60,225 bases of DNA from Tubiluchus corallicola (Eukaryota > Animalia > Priapulida). The stretch lies in assembly GCA_030141605.1 (NCBI GenBank), contig JAQGDQ010001133.1:1-60225 (forward strand). Direction: 5' to 3'. The notes beneath the pieces were generated by a model. That model did not search any database. It saw only the letters and a list, made by a program, of their open reading frames with translations, and had not been told where the DNA came from. Below, in pieces: positions 48,061 through 60,225 of this stretch; positions within the stretch are counted from its first letter, which is position 1, and every line of letters begins with the position of its first letter. The translations under genes and the position numbers were made by a program.

Positions 48061-48406
48061 CAAGGAGAATGAACTACGGTCATAACTGCGAAGAAAGTAC
48101 AGGAAGAAAAACAGTAACAACAAAAACAAACAAACAAGCAACAACAACAACAACAGGATAATGTCAACACAGTCAAGGTCACGGAGAAAAGGAGAGTACA
48201 AGGCTATAAGGGTCAAGTCAGGAGAAAATGTAGAATAGGTATGGATCATGAAAAGGCAGTGAGTCATACGAAAATTTTTTTTGTCTAATTTAAATGCTGA
48301 TGACAGTTTTTTTGGTTGTAGATATGGCTAATTAACAAATCCTCAAAAACAGGATAGAACCAACAACGAGAAACGCATTACCATAAATTGGAGTTTACCG
48401 GTACTT

Positions 48407-48990
48407 GATGTGTGATCGAAGTATGTGGGTGCAAATATCGAATTTTAGTGTGAAAAACTATTTGTTATCGAATTAGATTCGTCGTTCCACATACTGGCGA
48501 CGGTGCGTTGTCGTGGTGCGGATTGATACATAATTAGTAAAACGGTCTTTGATGTTTTGGACTTATTTTTTCAACGTTATTATCGGGACCTGTGGGGGAT
48601 ATTGGAAACGAGAACACAGCATACATGAGACAAGATCGCGGCGTGTACAGCAAAGATTTCTGTTTTATTCACATGAACTGATAAAATACGCAAACGTTAA
48701 ACACACGTAAAGGACATGGCAGACAAAATTCCGATTATGAATTGGAATTCTACAAACGTAGCAGGGGCATTCAAATTCTTTCGACAAGTTGCAATCGTGC
48801 TACGCGGAAATTTTCCACTGCTACTTTTAGTTGTTCTTCAAAACACTTCCAAATGTGTGTTGGATCTCTCTTCTGTTCTTCGGATAGCGTCCATGAATTG
48901 TACCTGCGTAATCCTTCATCATCCACACCTCTAAGCAGATATGGTACCTGGTTCTCCCCTTCAATGTTTTTAATTTGGAAGAAAATGTGG
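48407..48990 (+). mobile_element. Gypsy-like LTR retrotransposon 5' remnant; gag partly inverted
   Basis: PBS-like TGGCGAC at 48495. Gag start MADKIPIMNWNSTNVAGAFKFFRQ on plus. Gag continuation ...VPYLLRGVDDEGLRRYNSWTLSEEQKRDPTHIWKCFEEQL...NFRVARLQL on minus at ~48786-48990. The left boundary is approximate. Confidence 0.7.
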
Positions 48991-49039
48991 ATTAATCAGT
49001 TAACTAAATAAGTCGTTTGCATAGAGGGAGCAGCGATAA

Positions 49040-49415
49040 ATGCTAGGTGTTTTATAACTTTAAATATGAACACTCTTCATATGTTAAGGCCTCTCTAAAG
49101 ATAGTTTAAAGACCAAAAGCAAAAAGGGCCAATCCGAAAACAAAAACATGAATTATTGCTATGTACGTGGAAACTTGCTAAATTTAAGGGAGGTGTGCTG
49201 CATCCGCAGAGGCCGGAGCATTTCACGGCACAAATTGCCCCTGTGATTTTCTTGACGGTCTAATGGCATTATTACAGACAAACAATTTGTAGTAAATTAG
49301 TTTGATTATCATGTTTTAAAGGCAGAGTCCACAGTATAGAAAATTATGAACTAACTAAGTATTGAACAGACTTCATTAGCCTAAAAGGTAAAGAACAACC
49401 AGACCAGTAGAAAAT
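49040..49415 (+). repeat. Dispersed direct repeat; second copy at ~57940-58135 with an internal deletion
   Basis: aatgctaggtgttttata...ggaaact and attgaacag.cttcattagcc.aaaaggtaaa blocks occur in both. Confidence 0.85.
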
Positions 49416-51315
49416 ATATTGGTACAGTAAATTGTCCACTAATTACGTATTTACAAAAGCCAAATGGGTAATGATTAAGCAGACTAGCAGAAAAGAAATT
49501 GACACAGCAACAAACAGCTAAGAGTTTGATAATAAAGTTATTTTCTTAATAATACTAGTTTTCTTAAGCAGAGTGAACATGAGCGTCCCTTAGCCTTTTC
49601 ATTTGCAGCTCTCTGGCATCATTCGCGTCCACGTCAAGCATCAGTGACGCGTTCTGAACGCAACTCTCTCATGAAAACTAGTGTTACTGTCTCGTTCTTT
49701 TAATTAATTGTTCTTCTTGACGTCAGACAATCGAATCTAAAACAGTAAAATACAAGTATTGTTGCTGAGAAGTTTAAAAGAATTGGATCAGAACTGCTGC
49801 TTTTACTTGTAAGTCAAAATAATCTAGTCTATAAAATAGCATATGAAAATTTTCCTTTAACAGAAAGTTCTTATGATTCAGCTCGAATATATACGAGCTT
49901 AATGATAACATGGTATGGAAGTAGTGCTGAGAATGAATGATAGGCGTGTGAACGACTAAAAAGGTTGAAAAAATGTAACTTATTCCCCCTTAGTCTTTTA
50001 TGTAAACAAAATTTTGGATTTAATTTGCAGTAATTTTCTTTCTGGCGGCACTATGTGTTTACTTTTAAACTTGAGAAGTTTTGCAAACCTCCAATTCCGC
50101 AAAGAAATTTTTTGACAATTTGTTGATAAAATTTCATATTAATGTTCAAGAACATTCTTCATTTAGTATTATGGCTGGAACTTTAGCTGTGCAGACAACT
50201 AAGCATGAAGCTGATGAAGATAAAAATTTTAGAAGACTGAGCTAGTGAAGATGAAGTGGATGTCTTAAAATTAAACCTTGAACATCATTAGGCTATTATA
50301 AAAATTTTCACAAGACTTGAAAAACCAAGTTTAGAAATAATTATAGTATAAACAATAGAGTGCAATGGTTTGAAGCCATTTTTCGTCCTTGGAGCCCTTA
50401 TAAATCTATGCCAACTTGTCACAGGACTTGGTTTTGTACTAATAGGAGCACCTCAACTACCAATAGGTCATTCTATCCAGTTAGTAACACATATTAAACA
50501 AAACTTTCATGGGGTAATTTTTTTACACTGCTGGGTTTTTATTCTAATTAAAAGATCCCCCTGATCGGTTAAGAGTTTAGAATGAATTCTAAGAAGTTAG
50601 AACAATGTTATTATTAATTTTTCTATGACGAGAACAATGCCTCAAAGAATGCCATTATTACGATACAATGTTTCCAAGAATTAAACGTGCAACAATAGTG
50701 TTTGGATAATTTTAATCCTGCGCATTTACTTCAAAGCTGGTGACTTTACGTGTGGAATAAATTTTAAGCAAGTAAGTGTTCGAAGCATTAAAATATCAGT
50801 GAAAATGCATTTCATCTGCCACTTGATTCATCTCACACATTTTACATATTCTTTGGTAAGCAGGTATTTTCTCCCCTCTCAATATCCAATTTGTGGGCAC
50901 CAATTCTGAATTTAGTGAATATAGTTTATATTATTTAGTTGTGTACCTCTGGCGCGTGCTGAAGAGGCTTCTTAATTACTGATCAACCTATAGTGCGTCT
51001 TTCGTACTTGAGATCCAAGTAATTATCAAAATTGCCAAGTTCCTTTTCACACTGCATCAGACATTCAAAATGGTCAGGGACAGCCTTATTTGTCTCCACA
51101 AATTATGAATTGGTATAAATTTGTTTATTACTGACAAACCTAAATTAAGCTGAGCACTAATTTTAATGTTTCATTTACCTGCTTTGTGCAAATAATTGAT
51201 TTGTTGAACTGCAGCCTCTTTATAGACTTTTCTATTTTTTGCTTATTAGTTATATTAAAAAACTGCAAGACTGTTTTGTCGTTCATCTGGACAATTGTTC
51301 CTGTATGCACAATGA

Positions 51316-53115
51316 ATGACTTCATTGTTTGGGTTACTGCTACTATATGTTTTAGCTAATCTGCATGGTCCAAGTGCAAGAATTGAAAGATCTAACAAGG
51401 TAACTGTTGTAATACAAGTAACTATTTGTTTTGATTTTTACTATTATTGAAGCTCTGACGCATGGTACTAAAAATTAGCAGTTTCCTTATTATCAATTAT
51501 CAGATAATAATAGAGAAGCGTTTTTTAGTTATGTAGTAAATTGCTTTTTTATGAATCTCAGAAAATTATCCTCATTTTAAACTAAACATTTGCTTTTAAG
51601 CGTCTTTTGTAAGACAACTTGTTTTTCATCAAAAACCAGGCTGAATCAAACTCAACATGTTGTATAAATGGTGGGATACACTATAATGGCCATTGTTACT
51701 GATTTCATACAAAACCAAAATTAGATTGGTGGAAAGCTGTGATATCATGCAAAAAGGGAGGTGGTGAATTTTTAATTTGTTGTACTGTTTTATACTTTGA
51801 ATTTTGAATTTGAATTTGAATTTTTACTGTCTTTGTTTTATAGGCCCATTAAAGTTATGGTACAGCATAGCTGTCAAAGTTCGATGTTAAACACTTTATA
51901 ATGTTGCTTTATTGAGCTGAAGATTAATTCTTTAATATTGTAGGGTGGGAACAACCGACGAAACTACGATTTTTGAAAAATCAAGTGCACCTGCATGTTA
52001 AGCGTTGATTTTAGAATAAGGCCTAATTGTGCGCTATCCTTGCTTATAATCATCAAATAGTCACTATATCCCCAAAATGATCTGCACATTGATTTGAAAT
52101 TAAATTACCGCCTACTTGTCCATTTTAAATGTGGTTCTCGTGTTGTTATTATCATAATTTTTATGTCGTTTACAAATACGTGTCCCCTTTTGCAATTCTG
52201 ACTTCATTTGCAAAACCTCTAGGCAGGTGATGGTAAGAGCGTGTGAACACCTTGTAATCTCTTGTTGGTCAGAGGAAACTCCTAGCCATCACAAGAAATT
52301 GAATATTGGCTGTCTAATCATTCTATTTGTTAATTTCAAGAGACTTAAATGGATAAAAGTGAGACAAATGCCAACTTAGCCCTTTAATTAGCTTAGACTG
52401 GTACACACTGATTTACTGATCACCTGCAGCCGAAGCTGCGCAGTGTTCTGCTGGTATTTTAGGAAAAGAACCTACTGAATTTTTCTAAAGGCCAGAGTGC
52501 ATGGGTGCATTGCATCTGGATAGTTGTATTGTTCCATATTAGCGGATTTCACACAAGTAATACTGTACATTGTTACAGTGCAAACACTGCAGTTGTCGAA
52601 AGCTTCGTGGATTTTTTTAAACCAAAAGTCGATTTTAAATTTGTCTAAAGTAATCAAATGCATTTTGGTTTTGCACGGAAATCCATTCTGTGGGCATAAG
52701 AAACCAAAAATTAAGTTACGTAATCACTGATTAGTGAGAGCAGTTTTTCAAGAACGTATTCAAAATGCAGCAAGCTGTCATGGTCCTGAGGGGGACAATT
52801 TTAACTGAATTTATCTCTTTACCCAAATTAATATCATGTTTTTTAATTAATATTCTTTTTATAGATTCTACTTGGCAAGAGAGGGTATTTTGGATAGGTG
52901 GGACAGACCAATACCTAGAAGGATATTGGATGTGGATTTCTAACGCCCATACCATCTTGTATAATAATTGGGCGCCTAAGGAGCCTATCGAGCCTAACAA
53001 TAGATGGTATTGGGCAGAACACTGTTTGGATATCAATTTCCATAATTTTGGCACATGGAATGACCATCCTTGTAATGATAGTTATTCATACATATGTAAA
53101 TCCCCTGCTGACTAG
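51316..53115 (+). pseudogene. Secreted single-domain C-type lectin (EPN/WND type) with an in-frame stop
   Basis: Exon 51316-51399 MTSLFGLLLLYVLANLHGPSARIERSNK|GT. Exon from 51640 ...CCINGGIHYNGHCY*FHTKPKLDWWKAVISC, with TGA at 51700-51702. A middle exon near 51942-51998 is unresolved. Last exon 52865-53115 FWIGGTD..EG.W.W...NW...EPN...EHC...WND..C.....IC. Confidence 0.8.
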
Positions 53116-55261
53116 CTAAATTTCTGATCTTTGGGCATATCACACAAGTGAGCTTCATTTGGTCACAATGACTCAGCTATTTTCTACATCATTTACATGT
53201 TAGATTTTACAATGGCAAAGATTGGTTCTCGGTTATGCAGGAAATGAAGAAATTTTTCAGAACTATGTACTTGCTGAAATAGTTGTTATAGGGTACAGTA
53301 ATAATAAAGTAAATATATATTATATCTCTTTATTATTTCACATATATATCTTTATTTATCTTAAATTGATTATCAAATGTTGAAACTGTACATCTGTCCA
53401 TGCTATGTATGTCTGGCTATGTATGTGACATTAACCAGTGCACAAAACACTGTAAAAAAGACAGATGTGTCAGATGCAAAGGTAGCACTACATACACAGT
53501 AACATTAACCTTTACTGCACACATATATAAAACAAATCATTTTATATTTAGCTTATATACATTTATTACCCGCATATTTTTACATGCTTTATATAGTAAA
53601 ATTATGTTAGAAATAGCAAGTAAACAATTTTTATTTTCACAATTAGATAAATGTAGAGTAACTTTTGATAATAAAAGTTATACCGTTGGTAGTTAGGGTA
53701 CTGAAATCTGTCCAAGATGTGATCTTTTATCCGTATCCGTAATTGTCTCCCAGCACACATGCACTGGATGGCTTGTCAGGGCAGGTAATCCCTTGTCTGT
53801 ATGCATAGAAATAATTATTGATATTCCTGGTTTTCTTGTGTAAAATCAATGATACCCAAGGGACTACTCTTGGGGTCGGGTCACCAGCATTCTGATGATA
53901 CACCAACGTGGCTAGTGACTGCCTGCAAACTATTTAACTAACTCAATCTCTGTTGGCCTCTAGTTACTCAACGCCTCAAAGTAGTAAATAATTGCTTTTA
54001 CAGAGAAAATATTTTTACCACTTGTGCCATGAGAAATAGAAATGATGCTGTTAACTCTTTTCTTGCTGTATATTGGTAGTCTAATGAATGTTGATTGTTG
54101 CAAAAATGATATGTAAAGTTGTCACCTAGAGTCATCTAGTCTCCTACCCTTTCTTGAATAGATTAGTGCTGCAGATGCTGCAGATAACAAAAAGAAAAGA
54201 AATAAGAAAAAATAAATGTTAAAACAGTATAAATGACACAAATTATCAAAAAAAGAACTGAAAACAAATATAATAAAATTAGATACCTAAATCTAAACAA
54301 AACAATACAATTATTCATTAATTAGGATTATTATATATAGTAGATTCAAATGGGGACTTATTAACAGGGGAATTTGACCAAAGTAAGTAAAGTTAAAAAC
54401 TGAGAGTATGGAAGAAATAAGCATCAAAAAATGATTTTTATCATGGTAACTTATTGTTTTATGTAAAACCTTTTATATAATGTTACATGTTAATAATGTT
54501 AGTAAAATTTTTACAATTTAGCTGTACTTTGCAAAACAACGAAATTTTTTTTAACTTTTTTTATTCCAGTTAGATTTTTTCCTGCGATGTGAATGGTACG
54601 TTGCAATGGATCTGATTTGACAGAACCTCTAAAAGTAAATTGTCTTGCTATTCTGCATGGCACGTCAATGCATTTTCTCCGAGGGCTTCAAGTTTTCTTG
54701 AGTTTCAGTTGGCGAAAATGACACATAATCTGTTGGTGACTGTCTAAACTCGATATAAATTAAATTCTGTTAGAGTGCAGGGCCACGCATTCGTGTATTC
54801 AGCTCACTGACTAGTTGCCTTTGATCCTGTAACTTTTATGTTGCTCTGTGATAAACGATTGTACTATTTTAATAAATTTCATCGAAGGCCACTATAAAAA
54901 ATGTCATCCATATAACAATGTTGGCTATGTAATCTGTATACAGTTTATATAATCTTTATGACTTGGCCATCATTGCTTTCAGTTCTGTCTTACGTAGGTG
55001 AAATTTTAAAGTTTTATTTTTATGATATTTGTCCTACATGCGCTTGCGTGTGCACAAGTTAAACAAACACAGTTTCAGCAATGGTGTATGTCATTTGCAA
55101 CAACTTATACATCTGTAAATTCGCGTGTTAGATTTATTCTAAAGCTTTGCTTAAACGATATCAGCAACAGAAAATAAAAATTTATGGTATTTTCAGTCTT
55201 TTTAACATTCTGCAGGCTGTGATTCTATTTAACTGATGTACAACCTCAAGAGTAACTCATG

Positions 55262-57710
55262 TTTCACTAGCGTATGCTCTCAAGAGTGACTAGCATTTTA
55301 CTAAAGTACACTTACAAGAGTATTAATATTAGGAGTTTACTAAGGTTGACTCTCAAGTGTAATTAGCGTTTTACTAATGAAGTCTTTCAAGAGTATTAAT
55401 GTCAGGTTTATACTAAGGTACACTTACAAGAGTAATAATATTAAGGTTTTACTAAGGTTGACTCTCAAGTGTAATTAGCATTTTACTAATGAAGTCTTTC
55501 AAGAGTATTAATGTCAGGTTTATACTAAGGTACACTTACAAGAGTAATAATATTAAGGTTTTACTAAGGTTGACTCTCAAGTGTAATTAGCATTTTACTA
55601 ATGAAGTCTTTCAAGAGCATTAATGTTAGGTTTATACTAAGGTACACTCTCAAGAGTAAAAATATTAAGGTTTTACTAAGGTTGACTCTCAAGTGTAATT
55701 CGCCATTTACTAATGAAGTCCTTCAAGAGCATTAATGTTAGGTTTATACTAAGGTACACTTACAAGAGTAATAATATTAAGGTTTTACTAAGGTTGACTC
55801 TCAAGTGTAATTAGCATTTTACTAATGAAGTCTTTCAAGAGCATTAATGTTAGGTTTATACTAAGGTACACTCTCAAGAGTAAAAATATTAAGGTTTTAC
55901 TAAGGTTGACTCTCAAGTGTAATTCGCCATTTACTAATGAAGTCCTTCAAGAGCATTAATGTTAGGTTTATACTAAGGTACACTCTCAAGAGTAAAAATA
56001 TTAAGGTTTTACTAAGGTTGACTCTCAAGTGTAATTCGCCATTTACTAATGAAGTCCTTCAAGAGCATTAATGTTAGGTTTATACTAAGGTACACTCTCA
56101 AGAGTAAAAATATTAAGGTTTTACTAAGGTTGACTCTCAAGTGTAATTCGCCATTTACTAATGAAGTCCTTCAAGAGCATTAATGTTAGGTTTATACTAA
56201 GGTACACTTACAAGAGTAATAATATTAAGGTTTTACTAAGGTTGACTCTCAAGTGTAATTAGCATTTTACTAATGAAGTCTTTCAAGAGCATTAATGTTA
56301 GGTTTATACTAAGGTACACTCTCAAGAGTAAAAATATTAAGGTTTTACTAAGGTTGACTCTCAAGTGTAATTCGCCATTTACTAATGAAGTCCTTCAAGA
56401 GCATTAATGTTAGGTTTATACTAAGGTACACTCTCAAGAGTAAAAATATTAAGGTTTTACTAAGGTTGACTCTCAAGTGTAATTCGCCATTTACTAATGA
56501 AGTCCTTCAAGAGCATTAATGTTAGGTTTATACTAAGGTACACTTACAAGAGTAATAATATTAAGGTTTTACTAAGGTTGACTCTCAAGTGTAATTAGCA
56601 TTTTACTAATGAAGTCTTTCAAGAGCATTAATGCTAGGTTTATACTAAGGTACACTCTCAAGAGTAAAAATATTAAGGTTTTACTAAGGTTGACTCTCAA
56701 GTGTAATTCGCCATTTACTAATGAAGTCCTTCAAGAGCATTAATGTTAGGTTTATACTAAGGTACACTCTCAAGAGTAAAAATATTAAGGTTTTACTAAG
56801 GTTGACTCTCAAGTGTAATTCGCCATTTACTAATGAAGTCCTTCAAGAGCATTAATGTTAGGTTTATACTAAGGTACACTCTCAAGAGTAAAAATATTAA
56901 GGTTTTACTAAGGTTGACTCTCAAGTGTAATTCGCCATTTACTAATGAAGTCCTTTAAGAGCATTAATGTTAGGTTTATACTAAGGTACACTCTCAAGAG
57001 TAAAAATATTAAGGTTTTACTAAGGTTGACTCTCAAGTGTAATTCGCCATTTACTAATGAAGTCCTTCAAGAGCATTAATGTTAGGTTTATACTAAGGTA
57101 CACTTACAAGAGTAATAATATTAAGGTTTTACTAAGGTTGACTCTCAAGTGTAATTAGCATTTTACTAATGAAGTCTTTCAAGAGCATTAATGCTAGGTT
57201 TATACTAAGGTACACTCTCAAGAGTAAAAATATTAAGGTTTTACTAAGGTTGACTCTCAAGTGTAATTCGCCATTTACTAATGAAGTCCTTCAAGAGCAT
57301 TAATGTTAGGTTTATACTAAGGTACACTCTCAAGAGTAAAAATATTAAGGTTTTACTAAGGTTGACTCTCAAGTGTAATTCGCCATTTACTAATGAAGTC
57401 CTTCAAGAGCATTAATGTTAGGTTTATACTAAGGTACACTCTCAAGAGTAAAAATATTAAGGTTTTACTAAGGTTGACTCTCAAGTGTAATTCGCCATTT
57501 ACTAATGAAGTCCTTCAAGAGCATTAATGTTAGGTTTATACTAAGGTACACTCTCAAGAGTAAAAATATTAAGGTTTTACTAAGGTTGACTCTCAAGTGT
57601 AATTAGCATTTTACTAATGAAGTCTTTCAAGAGTATTAATGTCAGGTTTATACTAAGGTACACTCTCAAGAGTAAAAATATTAAGGTTTTACTAATGAAC
57701 ACTCGAGAGT
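55262..57710. repeat. 112-bp satellite (~21 copies) built from three related subrepeats (34+39+39 bp)
   Basis: Period 112 (e.g. gttgactctc at 55681 and 55793). Each subrepeat has a TACTAA...CAAG(A/T)G core. Confidence 0.96.
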
Positions 57711-58144
57711 ATTTATGGTTTTACGTTGCTTTTTAGACGCAGGACAATTTCGCGCATCATATACATACATTAATACATATATTTGGAAAGGATATCCTGC
57801 ACCAAAATCTGTACTGAAGCACCTCTGATTAGCCAATAGTTTGTAGGAAAGTATGACAGGGGTCTTTGAAACTGAAACGGTAGATTTATTTTTCTACTCT
57901 TTATCATTCACGCAATGCATCTTTTGTCAGATAGTGCACAAATGCTAGGTGTTTTATAGCTTTAAATATGAGCGCTCTTCATATGTTAAGGCTTCTCTAA
58001 AGATAGTTTAAACCAAAAGCAAAAAGGGCCAAGCTGAAAACAAAAACATGAATTACTGCTATGTATGTGGAAACTAAATATTGAACAGTCTTCATTAGCC
58101 AAAAAGGTAAAAAATAAGCAGACCAGTTGAAAAGAATTAAACTT

Positions 58145-58355
58145 AACATTAAAAAGCAATTTTTAAACAAGCCATTTTACTATAACTAGGTACATGCAAT
58201 TAGTTATCATTTAAGTAACAAAACATTTTTTTAATGAAATCTGTTATTCTGCAAAGAGCAAAAGTACTTAAATATACATCATGAAAATTTGCAATTAACA
58301 CAAATGTTTAGCAGCAAATCGTTTTACCTAGCTGTATTAGACGCATTATTTGCAA
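58145..58355 (-). repeat. Dispersed repeat; inverted copy of ~24275-24480 and ~15165-15345
   Basis: Reverse complement of ...ttgcagaataacagatttcattaaaaaatgttttgtta...gcatgtacctaattatagtaaaa. Confidence 0.8.
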
Positions 58356-58562
58356 CCTGGTGACTGAGGTGAGATGCTAATTCGTAAGTCAACACTGCCA
58401 CTGTTAATGTCTAATTGGGCAATTAGAGAAGTCACTTGGTTAGACAGTAAAATGTCTTCATCTGTATTGCGTACCGTAAGCTCAAGCACAGAGTGGTGCT
58501 CTGATAGTTGCCAGATCGATTCTGACAGTTGGCCTATCTTCTGAAGTGTGGCCTTGAGTGAA

Positions 58563-60225
58563 GCTATGCAAATTTTAACCCACAGCAGATATTGACAGGG
58601 GTTTTCTCAGATGACACAAGAAGAAGCTGAGATAAGTGTTGGCTTCTAGGTCAACGTTGTGTATTTGTTCAATTTGTTTGGCTCGGATAAGCATAAAAGA
58701 AGAAAGTCTAGCGTTGGCCGCCACATGCTGGGGTTCGATTTTTATCGCAGCTGCAGGATCTGAAGTAGGCAGCAAAGGCATAGCCGTAGTAGTAATTGTA
58801 GCCGTATCCGTAGTTACATGTTTAGCAGCTGTCGTCAAAGCTAGCGTGAAAACCGTGTCAGTTGTTGTGACAGTAAAACAGGCTTCTTACGTTCAACCTC
58901 TTGATAACCATCTGAGGGGAGCGGATCAACAGGCGAATTTTGATCCAAAGTTTCCGTCTCAAATTCAGTATCAGAAAGGTGACGTTCGTCTCCTGATTGA
59001 TATGTAGTTTCTAACGCTTTTTCCACCTTAGCCGTTTTACTACGAGTCTGTTTAGACATGTATGCTGTAAAGTAATGGGGTTAGGACACAAAGATAAACG
59101 GTCACGTTTAACAATCAATCAATTTTCAAACCCTAAAAGGTACACATGCTATACGCAATCAAATAAATATAAATAGACATAATAAATATTTCTAGTACTA
59201 GTTAGTTATGTGCTGTATAAACGCTTAGACCTTTTCCACCCCTTGACCTTGGAGCCGGTACGCTACGCTACAGCTATAAACAAAATGACCCAGATTTAAT
59301 CAGCACAGCAAAACGTCATAGTTAAACTCGTAAACATGTTGTAAAAATTTCTGTCAGCAAAATAAGCTGTAAAATAAAATATGTTATCAGACTATACACT
59401 ATGCGAGGCTGAAAATAAAGGGTAGAAATTACAATATTTAGTTTTGCTGTCACAAATTAGGTGCCTTGCGAGAAGCATAAAATAAATAATACCAAAGGCT
59501 ACTATTAAGGTCAAAACAAACGTATGACTTAAATTATAGCATTATATCTTAACCACTATAGTAAGCCTTGTGCTTCTCTACAGGTCTTACAAACGTCATA
59601 GCTTAACTATTACAGTCAGCTTATTTGTATCAGTAGCGCTAAACTAAATACCTTTAACTCGAGCGCATATAATTTATAAAAAATACAAAATAATGTTGGC
59701 TATAAAAAATATAAAGCACCCTCCCGAGATTTGCAAGATTTAAACAGCTTACCAAGTGCCCAAACTTTAAATATTTACGGATTTAATTTGAGCAAAACCG
59801 GTGTGAGGAAAATGCTCTTTTTTCAGAATTTTGTGGGAGAGACATCGGCCTGGTTTTTAATTTGTTGACTAGAATTCAGAAAAATACGTGCAAATATATA
59901 TAGTCTAATTTGTTTTTATAGAAAAAGGTGCATAATGCTTACGTCTACGAGTTGTTAATTAAAATGTTTTGCTGCTATTGAAGTATGTAATTTAGATTAA
60001 TTCATGACTTTGTAAGAAAAACCGCACAACTATTTGATTAAAAGAGTGGCCACCCAAAATATAATTTATTGCAACTTACACGATTTGGCGCATTTACATT
60101 ATTACTTTTTATCACAGCTGTAACATTAAATAGAACTCAGAACAACCAGTCATAGATAATTGTTCACTTTATCACATAGTTAATGCAATAAGCACAGAGT
60201 ACTAATGCTAGATATATGACGCGCA
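58563..60225 (-). repeat. Right arm of long inverted repeat (runs off the window); contains a frameshifted ORF starting at 59059
   Basis: Matches 43419-44885 inverted, with an extra ~225 bp at ~59431-59655. ORFs 58841-59059 and 58575-58838. Confidence 0.93.

Noticed and set aside
49671-49808. Signal-peptide-like segment MKTSVTVSFF*LIVLL... as lectin exon 1
   Set aside because: Two in-frame stops, and a better signal exon exists at 51316-51399.
51700-51702. Selenocysteine or programmed readthrough at the lectin TGA
   Set aside because: The position is not a Cys site and is one change from TGG; no SECIS recognised; other lesions point to decay.
53820-53930. Possible LINE reverse-transcriptase remnant (PQGTTLG / DDT-like words)
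   Set aside because: Too short and degenerate to support without a profile search.

Overview
AT-rich, intron-rich eukaryotic DNA, probably from an invertebrate animal; the taxon cannot be determined from the sequence. All gene models were spliced by hand from GT-AG signals and frame continuity. (1) A tandem array of divergent 8-exon annexin genes lies on the minus strand (A 15817-22045, B 24942-32446, C 35510-42922). A fourth unit (D) stops after exon 1 (13806-13917), and an annexin terminal exon lies on the opposite strand at 212-265. The paralogues show a strong excess of amino-acid-changing over silent differences, patchwork similarity, a degenerate repeat III and a CTCC motif in repeat IV; copy A has lost a splice acceptor. 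(2) A 7-exon secreted trypsin-fold gene (3450-9823, minus) has its catalytic Ser replaced by Ala (GDAGGP), so it is a probable pseudoprotease. (3) Inverted arms of at least 1.45 kb (43419-44885 and 58563-window end) enclose a 94-bp minisatellite, CR1 and Gypsy remnants, a C-type lectin gene with an in-frame stop and a 112-bp hierarchical satellite. (4) There are many TE remnants (hAT MITEs with 8-bp TSDs, a piggyBac MITE and fragment, BEL/Pao, CR1) and microsatellites. No rRNA, tRNA or CRISPR array is supported.
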